A DNA stretch of 63,804 nt, the filler included, from Octopus bimaculoides (taxonomy: Eukaryota), in assembly GCF_001194135.2 (NCBI RefSeq). It is 5 parts of 4 records of this genome, joined end to end, with 100 filler letters (N's around TTAATTAATTAA, not from the genome) between each part and the next. Parts side by side here need not be neighbours in the genome. Positions count along the whole stretch, not along the records: positions 1 to 28,174 come from NC_068990.1; 4 more parts are not named here. One strand, written 5' to 3'. This document shows, one piece after another, positions 14,237 through 25,640 of the stretch. The notes below the pieces were generated by a model that saw only the letters and a list, made by a program, of their open reading frames with translations, made no database searches and was not told the origin of the DNA. The translations under genes were made by a program, and so were the position numbers. How positions within the stretch are numbered: position 1 is the first letter of the stretch; each line of letters starts with the position of its first letter.

Positions 14237-15300
14237 CTACAGAATTATGTGATAAGTAGATATGATGATATTCTGTGCATACACTTTTAGTAAACCTCGC
14301 TACGAAAAATAAATACCATCAAGCTTAAACCGTAGGCTTTTATTCTGTTACAAGAAAAAAAAAGGGAATCATCTGAGAAATAATTCATTTCATTAAAACA
14401 TCATCAGAATTTTGTTATTCATTCTTGCTTCACAGTGAGGATAGTAGTTCATAGCCCTTTATAACAAACGTACACTAAATTGGATTGCCTGATTAGTATA
14501 ACAGTGTAATCTTTGCAACATAAATGAATTAAAAGATACACTAGAAAACGAAGGCTTTTGTAAAAGTATAAGATAAACTTACGGTTATATATTTTAAGTA
14601 AATATATATTTAGCCTTGTAAATAGGTAAGCACCGTTGTTAACACTTTCTTGCTTATTTAACATTGAAGTCAATGTGTTTTACACCATGGAATTCGACTC
14701 TGGAGCAAGATTTTCAAGAACGCGGCACCTATGTAACGCAGTGGATTTACACGTCTGTGCGTGCGTGCGTGTTTGTGTGTGTAATATGAATTACACGAGA
14801 CAAATAGGAAGAGAACTCAATACAAAAACATGAACTATACGATTTATAGTCTCCAGGACTAGTGACGTTATAACTCGGAGTTTGACGAAATGGTTACATA
14901 TCTCTGATGCAATTAACAATGATAAACCACAGGATTTTCAGACGACCAAAATATACACTTGTAGTCATTTCAGTGGTTGTTTTCATTAAGATTATAGCAT
15001 AGGAAGCGAATTTACTTTTAAATGAGTGAGTTATTTATCTTGAATCAGCCGCTTACAAATTTCATAGCTAGTCTGATAACAATAAGAATTATTAATAAAG
15101 AAGATACAAAAATTAAGGTTACAAATTTCACAGAATGTGAGTGTTTAGGAGTGTTGATCGGGTTCATAATGATTTATATCAGCTATAACCGGGCTTGTCT
15201 GCAAGGTTCCATATGAGGTTGCCTGTTTTGCAACTGTAAGAATTGGTAAAGAAGTAAAGAAAGTGACTTCATGAATATAGATACACACACAAACAGGCGC

Positions 15301-15347
<47 letters not shown>

Positions 15348-15548
15348 TATATGGCAAAAAAACTACCGGCCAATAGCATGCCAGAATTTAATGCATAAAA
15401 TATATACAGCATGTTTAAATTTCTTCCTCTAAGACCATTGAGAAAGTAATAACATCATCACAGCAGAACAAGCAGTTGGGAGGAAAGGAGTCTGGGGATA
15501 ACTGAGGAATTGTTAATACACAAAGCAGTAATGTCAGAGATACGGGAG

Positions 15549-16319
15549 TCTTGTGGCGGACACCCCCAAGTGAGAAGCGGGCTATTCCACTACTGATGAA
15601 TAGTGGACAGGCACAACAAGCAGCGTCAGTCGGCGAGGTACGCCGTGCAGGCTAGTCACGCAGACGACGAAATACGTCGTCATAATGCGGGACATATCAG
15701 TGGCGACGAGATTTCGTGCACACGCAATGAAAAATAAATCTTGTTGAAGGAGGAACTGAACTACACACTGTGAAAATTAATATACACGCTGTGAAAAATA
15801 TATAAATTCGATTGAAAAAGATTCTGAAGAAAAAATGTCTGATAAAACTGGAACTCTAACTCAGAACTTGACTACACACAGTGAAAAATAATATAAATCC
15901 GTTCGAAGGATTTTAGTCAGGTCGCTATGTGTTAGTAGCGCTACCGGTAAACAATGTAGACTGGTACTACCTGCGGCATTCTGAAGAGAAAAATAATTCT
16001 GTGTCGAAGAAAAAATAATAATAAGTCCGTGTGAAGGATTTAAGTCAAATCGCTATGTGTTAGTAGCGCTACAGGTAAACAATGTAGACTGGTACTACCT
16101 GCGGCATTCTGAAGAGAAAAATAATTCTGTGTCGAAGAAAAAATAATAATAAGTCCGTGTGAAGGATTTAAGTCAAGTCGCTATGTGTTAGTAGCGCTAC
16201 AGGTAAACAATGAAGACTGGTACTACCTGCGGCATTCGGAAGAGAAAAATAATTCTGTGTAGAAGAAAGCAACAACAACAACAACAACAACAACAATAAT
16301 AATAATAATAATAATAATG

Positions 16320-16401
<82 letters not shown>

Positions 16402-16608
16402 GTTAATGTGAAGGATTTTAGGCAGGTGTGAAAGAAAAAATCTCAAAGGGGAAGAAGTGTTGTGGCGGACACCCCTAAGTGAGAAGTGGGCTGTTCCACT
16501 ACTGATAAATAGTGGACAGACACAGCAAGCAGTGTCAGTCGGTGAGGTACGCCGTTCGGGCCAGTCACGTAGCCGACGAAATACGTCGTCATAATGCGGG
16601 ACATATCA
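15549..16608 (+). mobile_element. Complete miniature non-autonomous LTR retrotransposon (TRIM-like), 1,060 bp
   Basis: 151-bp direct repeats at 15549-15699 and 16458-16608 (3' copy TG...CA). PBS TGGCGACGAG at 15701-15710, polypurine tract aaaggggaagaag at 16445-16457, 5-bp TSD gggag/ggggg. No internal coding capacity. Confidence 0.9.
15905..16430. repeat. 128-bp tandem repeat x3 (plus partial 4th) with an (AAC)n(AAT)n expansion, inside the TRIM
   Basis: Unit starts gaaggatt at 15905, 16033, 16161 and 16410. Confidence 0.9.
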
Positions 16609-19281
16609 GGGGGCATAGGAGAAACCTAGTTTCAATGTGACTAGACAAAAAGAAAGCCTTTGACTCTGTTCCCCACTAATGGATGCTAGAAGCCCTTCGA
16701 GTTACTAAACTTCCAGTGAGCATTGTCAAATCAATAGCTGAGCTGACTTCATCGTGGGCCACCATTTTGAAGTTAAATACAAGGAGTGATTTAATTATCA
16801 TTGATAGAATACAGTATCGCAGATGTGTATTCCAAGGAGACAGCCTCTCTGTGATACTGTTTATACTTTCTATAAACCCCCTTGTCATTCATATTAAGGA
16901 TGTCTGATGAATATCTCACTGGTTCACAAGGAAACAGAAATACCAAAATTACACACTGTTTCTCCGTGGACGACTTGAAACTATAGTCCAAGAATATGCA
17001 TGAAAAGAAAAAGAGTCTTGACCTGGTTACAACATTCTCAAAAGATATAGGATTGACGTTTGGTCAGGATAAATGTCGCTATATGGTTGTGAAAAGAGGG
17101 AAAACTGTAAACTAGACTAGCAACATCTCCATCAATAACTTAACTGTTTCCCCTATATCTGATATGGAATGTTACAGGTACCTAAGGGTGGATGAAAACT
17201 TATCTTATGATGGCACCTGTAACAAGACATGTGTCACTGAGGAATATTACAGCCGAATAAAGAAAATATGGACCTCAGAACTCACTGCTTTCAATAAAAC
17301 AGTGGCTCACAATGTTTGCAGCGCCTGTACTCATGTCGAAATTTGGGCTACTTGATTGGAGGCTTGATGAGATCCGGGCCATTCATATGAAAACCCGGAA
17401 TATACTAACCAGCACAGATAATTTCCACATCAACATCGATGTAGACCTAATTAAAACAATAAATAAGAGGGAAGAAGCTTAACATCGATCCAGAATGCCT
17501 TTGAATGTCGTATTTATATCCCTTCGGCAACATATTTTCACCACCAAGTGCCGAAGTGCGTCTCTTGACCAAGTTTGCATACATGAAGCTGATAACATCA
17601 TAAGACTTGGAAAGCAACACCTTGAGCAGCATTCTTTGTCTGATAACCTTAAATACATGCCCAAAGAAGTCGCACCACTCTACCGCAACGTATCATCGGG
17701 TGAAATGATGACGTATATCACTAGAAGGCCATACATGGATACGTTAGTAGAAAGCTCCGAGATGACAATAACACTGATCATCAAAGCAGTCTATCACGGA
17801 ACAACAACCAGATTACTAACTCCCACTTTGAAGATTATGCGTTTACAATCTAGGAACAGGAAATATCAACCAAATACCTGGTGCACGAAAGGGACAGAGA
17901 TGCAGGAAACACACCAAAATGTGACAACCAATGCAGACTTTGTGGAGTCAACACCGAGGATATTACCTACACCATAAGCAGTTGTCCGAAAATGTCATCA
18001 CAGTATTATCTGCCGATGGGGTATGATGTAGCTAGGACACTGTATAATGAGATCTGTCGGGAGAATAACTTTGAAGCCAAAAAAATAAGAACCCACAGTA
18101 TAGTAGAAGCGATAGCCACTCATAATAAAAAGGAGTACTGGTGGAATGTCCCAGTGAAAATCCCAATAAAATGTGAACACAATAGACCTGATATAATAAT
18201 TTGGGATAGAGAAGAGAGACTGTGTAAGTTGTGGAAATTAGCTGCACAGCAGATGTTAACAAAAAGCTAAAGATCAGCAAAAAGAGAATACTTATGCTTG
18301 AACTATTGAGAAATTTACAGTTACTCTACCCAGATTACAAGTTCAGGTTTATACCTGTAATTATTAGGGCATTAGGATATGTAACACACTGCCTAAATAC
18401 CAATCTTGAGAAATTAGGTTTCTCAAAACCAGAAAGGAGTAAGCAATTCGAAGACTACTCATCCAAGCCATCACTGGAACTATAAAAATCAATAAAACTT
18501 TCAAGAAGTTTATTTAAGTATATATGTGCATGTCTAGACATGCAACTATATGCATGAGAATGCATACATAAAACAAAACATAGAAATCTACACATGCACA
18601 GACTCCAAATACTGCACATATACATACATGCAAAAAAAATCCTGTTGATCTTGAAATTACAATGAAGGAGCCTTGGATCTAAGTTAAATGCCGGCTCTTT
18701 CTCTATTGGCAAGAAATCTTGAAATAAAACTCATTAATTACATACATATATATATATGAATAAAGCAAATAAGTTATAGAGGATCCTTTTATGTAGGTAT
18801 GGCTGATTTTATGGTCATAGTGAAATAGGGGTAGGGAAGAGTATGTGACATTAATTAATTTATCTTTTGAATGTGATAAGGACAAAGATGAATATAGCTA
18901 TATCACTATGCCTCTTTATTGACCCCCATTATTTCCTTCTGCCACTCTAAATTATAGTAGGCTTTAGGTATTTTCCCTAAATTCATTCTCCTACAATAAT
19001 AGCGAAAAGAAGTAATGTATTTTAGTCACTAGTACTGATGAAAAATTTACTAAAAAATTATAATGGCGTATCGTGTATGTTGGAAATCTATATGGTTGTA
19101 CGCATCCGAGGAGAGCAGTTTATTTCAAATTGCATTGCTCGATTAAATGGAGCCGCTTGAAACGGCCGTAATGCACTGGTACCTGACATCCACGTTACTT
19201 ATTTACTTTTTATTCACCTAACTTCGAGCTGGACAGATTTGGTGCCTCAACTTAAGTACCTAATTCAACTGAATCTTATTT

Positions 19282-19285
<4 letters not shown>

Positions 19286-19372
<87 letters not shown>
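19286..19372. repeat. (GT)n microsatellite
   Basis: Direct reading. Confidence 0.95.
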
Positions 19373-19373
<1 letters not shown>

Positions 19374-20161
19374 CAGTGAACACTCGTCATACCATACTAA
19401 TAATGAAGAAGTTTACCCGTTTTAATTAATTGTTCAAGTTTGGGTTAATATCTGAGGCATAACTATAATTTAGTGACTGCCTTATAGCTTTCTTAATGAT
19501 TCAAACATGTTAATAAAATTTTATGGTGGTAGATTACAATTATGTTAAAATAACGTTTTAAAAATTGTTTTGATCATTATTTTATTCAGAAGGAAAAGAA
19601 ATCTACATATCTTAGATATTTTTTTAATAACTTGTTTAGGATCATTGCACAGCATAATGATATCAAACAGTGACAGATACAGATTTTGGGCAGTGGAACT
19701 GGGACACTTCAATTCATGCGAGCTTCTCATACGCTAAAATTAAAGAGCACAGCAAAGTCTGTTTATTGCATGTAACTGAAATTGAGTAATAACGCATACA
19801 ACGATAAAATGCAAAAGAACTGATCATTTATAGATGCAAATTGTATAAAAGTACGCATATATGCTAAATATGTTAAATGTTATACATATATGTTAAATGC
19901 TAGAACTGACAAATTAGTGCCAGAGCTGCCATAGAACTTTTAGTAAATACACAAAAAAACACTAACAAAAAATCTAAGAAAAGAAGTAAAAACATAAAAT
20001 ACTAAAGAATACATGAAACTTACCTTAAATTTCTAATCAAACTTGCCTCAGATTCATGAAATTTGACTCTGACAAGAAGGGCGGAGCAAGCTATGGAAAG
20101 GAGGCCCAGAACAAGCACCCCTTTTGCCTCTTATAAATCTGGCTCCAATGTTAGTTAAGGG

Positions 20162-20608
20162 AAGGCAGCGAGCTTGGCAGAATCATTAGCACGCAGGGCA
20201 AAATGCTTAGCGGCATTTCGTCTGTCATTACGTTCTGAGTTCAAATTCCGCCTAGTTCGAGTTTGCCTTTCATCCTTTCGGAGACAATTAAATAAGTACC
20301 AGTTGGACACCGGAGTCGATGTAATCGACTTATGCCTCTTCCGAACTCGCTGACTTTGTGCCAAAGATTGAAACCACTATTAGTTAAGGGAAGGCGGCGA
20401 ACTAGCAGAATCGTTAGTACGCTGGGCAAAATGCTTAGCGACATTTTGTCCGTCTTTACGTTGAGTTCAAATTTTGCCGAGCTTGACTTTGCCTTTCATC
20501 ATTTCGAGGTCGGTAAAATAAGAACCAGTTGAAAACTGGGATCGATGTGATCGATTTACCCCCTCCCCCGAAAGTGCTGGTCTTGTGCCAAAATTTGAAA
20601 CCAATATT
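20162..20608 (+). mobile_element. Two head-to-tail SINE family A copies (20162-20379, 20391-20608)
   Basis: Consensus aaggcggcgagctggcagaa.cgttagcacg...gagttcaaattccgcc...gactttgcctttcatcctttcg..gtcgataaa.taagtaccag, which recurs more than 10 times in the window. Confidence 0.9.
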
Positions 20609-21029
20609 AAGAGAAACAAGGCACATTGCGGGATATTACCATCTGTATGGTGGTAGACAAATTTGCTAATTGCGTCATTACTGAATTCTTCCGATCTGTA
20701 ATGCAGAAGGTGAAGCGTAAATTTCTTCGGCCATACTTTTTGGTTTCATCTTGGTAATGAATAATATAAATCGGTATGCTGTCAAGTTGTTATTTTTTTA
20801 TGTTATGCAGGAATGGTTGAAAGGATACGGAATTATTTTTCTTTCTGAATAACTTTTCTTTCTTTTAAGTTCACCAATAAAATGATCTGCCCCTTCAAAA
20901 ACGTATCGCCGCGAAATTTCATTAAAAAAAAAACTAGGTATTATTAAAAAAAAGTTATGAGGAAATAAAGCTGAAGTGGGCATTAAACTGTAACTAAACA
21001 CACACATACATACGCACACGCACACACAC

Positions 21030-21087
<58 letters not shown>

Positions 21088-21438
21088 TACGCTAAGCTTT
21101 TAGAAGAAAGAAGCAACTGAAAATAAACTACTTTCAGCTGGCTTGCAACTTGTGAAGAATAATTCCGAGTAAAATCTACATATGAAATGGCAATCAACCA
21201 GAACAAATGGAGAGAGCTTTTATATGTGGATGCAATCTGAAAATTTCTTGAGAAGCTATAAAAATAAATGCTGAAAGAGATAAAAAGTAACAAAATTATA
21301 AAGAATAGTGTAGACATCGTATACATAACGTATAGATGTATATATGTTTCATAAAATTAATTAAAATTACAGAATGCAAATGCTAAAAAGTTAACACCCC
21401 AACTTAGTTTCACTTACCCGTGGTAGATGACATGAGGT

Positions 21439-21797
21439 AAAGGTAGCGATTGTGGTACACGTGATAGCTTGTCATTAACTGTTACTACACTAGTTCAAAT
21501 TCCACCGGGGCCGACTTTGCCTTTCATCCTTTTAGACTTGATGAAATAAGTTCCAGTTATGCACTGAGGTCGATATAATGATTAACCCCACTCCCCTAAA
21601 AAATTCCAGGCCTTGTGCCTATAGTAGAAAGGAATATTAATTGCTATAAAGAAGGTGACAAATTGGGTAGAATCGTTAGCTCGCCGGACAATATGCATTG
21701 CGGCATTTCTTCCGGTTCTTTACGTTCTGAATTCAAATTCCGTCGAAGTCGACTTTACCTTTCATCTTTTTAGGGTCGATAAAACGAGTACCAGGCT
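21439..21797 (+). mobile_element. Two SINE family A copies (21439-21639 diverged; 21652-21797 truncated by a LINE)
   Basis: Same core gactttgcctttcatc.ttt....gtcgataaa.cgagtaccag. Confidence 0.8.
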
Positions 21798-21799
21798 GG

Positions 21800-22570
21800 T
21801 AAGTGCAGTGACGTTCTGGGGAAAACTCTGGGCTTCGATGACGGTCAACTCATCAGTCTGTTCTGGAGGACTTTGGAGCCGGGGCCCATGGATAACTACC
21901 AGAAAGGCCTGGCCTGGCAGTGCTACCGATAAACTCTTCAGGCACAGATATGCAGACACACGGACATGTCCGAGATGCGAACAAAGCAACGAAACTGTTC
22001 TGCACGCTATCGTATAGTGTTCATTGATTTCAGATCTTTGAGTTTACGTAGAACACCTGCTGCAGCCTCTAAGAGGAGTATAGTTTCCAACTGAGTCCAT
22101 AATTAAGATTGTCCCAGCTCCTTCCCTTAGCCGGGAAAGCAGACACCTTTTCTCTGCTTGGTGGCTATAGCGAAAAAGGTCGTATGGCTAACGAGAGTGA
22201 AAGGAATAAAGACGGGCAACTTTCTCTCTGGCCAGGGTTTAATCAAATATTTCTCTTACCGCCTAAAAAGAAGAATAAAGCTAGAGATAGAGTTTCTACC
22301 GCTGCGTGTGAACTAGATGGATGCAAGCGGCTCGATCGTTGAGTATGAATGTGGCCAACTTCAATGTAATACCTTAGTCTCCCGTGTGAGAACAGTGCTG
22401 GGTCGTGGCTTGTAGTGTCTCCATGCCCAACATTTCACCTAGTTATATTATAATTGTTATGTAAACATTTTTGTTTTTGTTAATTCTATTCATATTGTTA
22501 TTCCATCCGCCCATTCCGCCCTGTTGTAGGCCCTTATTTGTTATTGTCTGTCCTATTTCGTCCATTTATG
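21800..22570 (+). mobile_element. 5'-truncated L1/Tx1-like LINE 3' end
   Basis: DKLFRHRYADTRTCPRCEQSNETVLHAIV*CS (CPRC..ETV.HA...C zinc knuckle after RT), followed by a degenerate C-terminus and an AT-rich 3' UTR. Confidence 0.7.
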
Positions 22571-22571
22571 T

Positions 22572-22943
22572 CTAGCCCATTGTAGCGAATACAAAACTGA
22601 ATTTCTTACCGAACAACCACACAGATGATTTGTTTATAGTGATCAAATGTTTGTATAGACATAATCTCACTCCCTCCATTAGATCGACATTACCTGTACA
22701 GGTGCAACGGGTTGCTACATGTCGAAATGTGTCATGTCGAAATGTGTCATGTCGAAATGATCGCAAAGCAACGTGAAATGAAGTGCTTTGCTCAAGAACA
22801 CAACGTAACGCCCGGTCTGGGAATCGAACCCACGATCTCGGAATCATGAATGCAACACCTTAGCCACTAAGCTACGCGCCNNNNNNNNNNACCCACGATC
22901 TCGGAATCATGAATGCAACACCTTAGCCACTAAGCTACGCGCC
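22572..22943 (-). mobile_element. tRNA-derived SINE (family B-type head), head duplicated across a 10-N gap
   Basis: Minus-strand A box TAGCTTAGTGG and B box GGTTCGATTCC, then core tgtgttcttgagcaaagcactt. 22828-22880 is identical to 22891-22943. Confidence 0.85.
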
Positions 22944-22977
22944 TTCACACTGTGTGTGTGTGTGTGTGGGTGTGTGT

Positions 22978-23013
<36 letters not shown>

Positions 23014-24194
23014 ATTTTTTTGTGTATTCATATATTTATAATATATATTATTCGATTGAATGGTGAATACATATTAATATTTTAAGAAAAAGGTTGACTG
23101 AAATTACAAGACAATATAGTAAGGGATGTAATACTGAACAGCGAATAATTTATACATATTTACGTAATATGCAACGATAGATTTTTTTTTTAACAACACC
23201 CTGACGGAAGAAAACAACAAGGTCTGAACTACGCATTTCCTGTCTTGTGTTGAAATGTATCTTTTACAGTAAGAACAGCTCGGAGATTCTCTAATCTAGT
23301 TTTAACAAGAAACGTCAATCTATGATACCGAATAGTTGTCTCAAAACGGATCTCATATGTTAAATCTCATATGTTAAATCTCATATGTATCCTCCGGAAT
23401 TCGCTCAGCATTTTTTTTTAATAAGTTCCTGGATCTAATGTTACATAGTGATTTACTCGTAAATTCCCAAATACGGTGAAGTTATACTTCGTTGAGGAGC
23501 CCTAAGAGCATTGAAACAGCTATCTCCTCCACTTGCCGAAATGATTAAAATAATATCAGTGATTGAGCTGATGTTGTATTTTGTATTTTCTTCACTGTAC
23601 AGTTATTTCTAACCAGATTTTTATGCTAATTATATTATATATGTTAACACTAACTTAATTATTTTTTCATACGAATGGAGTCGCTCAGTAATTTACCTCA
23701 GGGAAACTATACTTGCCTCTTTAAGAGAACGCTGCAATCTTGGGTCAAATGAAGACTAAGAGTAGGTGCCTGGCATCTGGAATCACAATCCTCTAACATT
23801 TCGGCGAAGTTGTCGATGGAAATTCCACATTGGCGTTCTTGTAGAGAACTTGTAGAGGAGGAAAACAGGCGGGAGTCAGAGTAAACGGTATTGACAAGCC
23901 TTAACAAAGGCGAAACGCCTCTGTTGTTCTCGAGAGTCACTGCAACGACGATGTTCGGCTCGCTACTATATATTGTATTTTAACACAAGTCTATGATGAA
24001 ATTTTTATCTCAGACAAATCTATAGTGTCATGCCTGCAAACGGTAGCTTTATATTTAATTTGAGATATGCTGATTGCATAATATGTCTACCTATATTTTA
24101 AAAAATTTGTTTCTTTTTCAATCTATTATACGTAGAACCCAAACATTTTATATCTTTATATCGTCTCCTCGCCCATCGTCCTGATGACAAAGAA

Positions 24195-24258
<64 letters not shown>

Positions 24259-24559
24259 CTACTATTACCTTTACTGCTGCTGTTACTAATACTACCACTA
24301 CTGCAACTATCAATTTGTTCATATTTCTATATTCAATATGGGTGTTGTAACTGGAAATTGAAAATAATATCAATTGTTACAAAGATGTCGGTCAGAACGT
24401 AATTTCTTTTCTTTTTTTTTAAGAATATTATTAATTCCAAACAATGCAAATCTTCATATACTGATACCGTTTTGATACATGCAGTTCTCTTTTTCTTTTT
24501 TCTTTTTTTGTTTCTTTTTCTTAGATAGAATAAGAACTACTTTTTAATAACTGTGTCTC

Positions 24560-25300
24560 TCTTTTGTTCCGACTATATTTGATTTCAACATGTCCTCCTG
24601 CTCTTCCACATTTTTGAGAATTCTCACATAAGTTCTGAGTAGTTATCAATGTTTTGGAATTCTTTGGGGGCAATATTGTGCTCTCCAATTATAGCAATGT
24701 CGATTATAAAACATTTGTTTGTTTCTTTATAGGCAATCGCATTATCAGTTTTCTCAAATTCATGTTTCTCAAATTCATCTAGTCTCCAGATATAGCAATA
24801 TCGATTATAAAAACTTTCGTTTATGTCTGTATGAACAACCAAAATATCAGGTTTTGTGTTCTGACATGATCTCTTTCAATGTTAGAGTCCCTTAAGGTTT
24901 TTACTTGATTGTTTACCAGTGTCCTTTTGATCTTAGACTGGTAGGATTTTGCGAAGACTTTTTCAAATCCATATTTTCGACAACCATCCCAATATTAATG
25001 TAAATTTTGTCATGACATTTGTAATATTTCTGGGATGACATTTTACAGCCAGTGACAAAGTGGGTCATATTCTCACTTTTCTCCGCACAAGATCAGTATT
25101 GGTTAGTCTCTTAGATGGCAGGTATCTTTTTTTTTTTCACTTGATTTATATTGAATGCGTCATCTTGGGCAGTTGTCAAGAAGCTCACAATTTTCCTCTT
25201 ACAAATCGCCTTTGCCCGACCATCTTCAATATTGTTTCATCATTAGCTCCCTTGAGTCATTCTTAAACTATCGACAAAAGTTAAGCAGCAGAATCTGAGG
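24560..25300 (-). mobile_element. R2-group (R4-like) LINE 3' fragment
   Basis: Minus strand: AQDD-like motif, C.LC..K.E...H...GC knuckle, then KETNKCFIIDIAIIGEHNIAPKEFQNIDNYSEL (REL endonuclease). Confidence 0.65.
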
Positions 25301-25640
25301 TCACTATCAATAGTCTGCGTCGGTATATAGTAAATACAAATGGTTAACAAAGGGAAAATAAATTTTCAGTGAAGAAAAGGAGCAGTCACTCTGATGAAGA
25401 ACCCTCCGCCAAACGTGGTACACTGGTGCATCGCAAGGTGTGTCTGACTATGCCGTGGACTTTTTTTAAATAATCTAAGGCTATAGTCCAGAACGTAATA
25501 AGGAAAAGCAAAACACTACTTAATACCGCAAAATCGTGCAAAGCAGCATCAATTTAAGAGAAATCACAATGTAGTATTGCCTAATAAAATGTATTGCAGA
25601 GAGGGAAGAGTAGTGTTGTGCAGTCTGAAATGTAAATATA

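Larger units (their letters stand above)
15365..18740 (+). mobile_element. Decayed R2-group non-LTR retrotransposon (RT + CCHC + restriction-like endonuclease; R4/Dong-like by inference), interrupted by an LTR element
   Basis: NNIITAEQAVGRKGVWG, HRRNLVSM*LDKKKAFDSVPH, VFQGDSLSVILFILSINPL, FSVDDLKL, CRLCGVNTEDITYTISSCP, HNRPDIIIWD, FIPVIIRALG. Frameshifted throughout. Confidence 0.85.

Noticed and set aside
15905-16430. 128-bp repeats or the 14-bp array at 30224 as a CRISPR array
   Set aside because: Units are contiguous with no unique spacers, there are no cas genes, and the DNA is eukaryotic.
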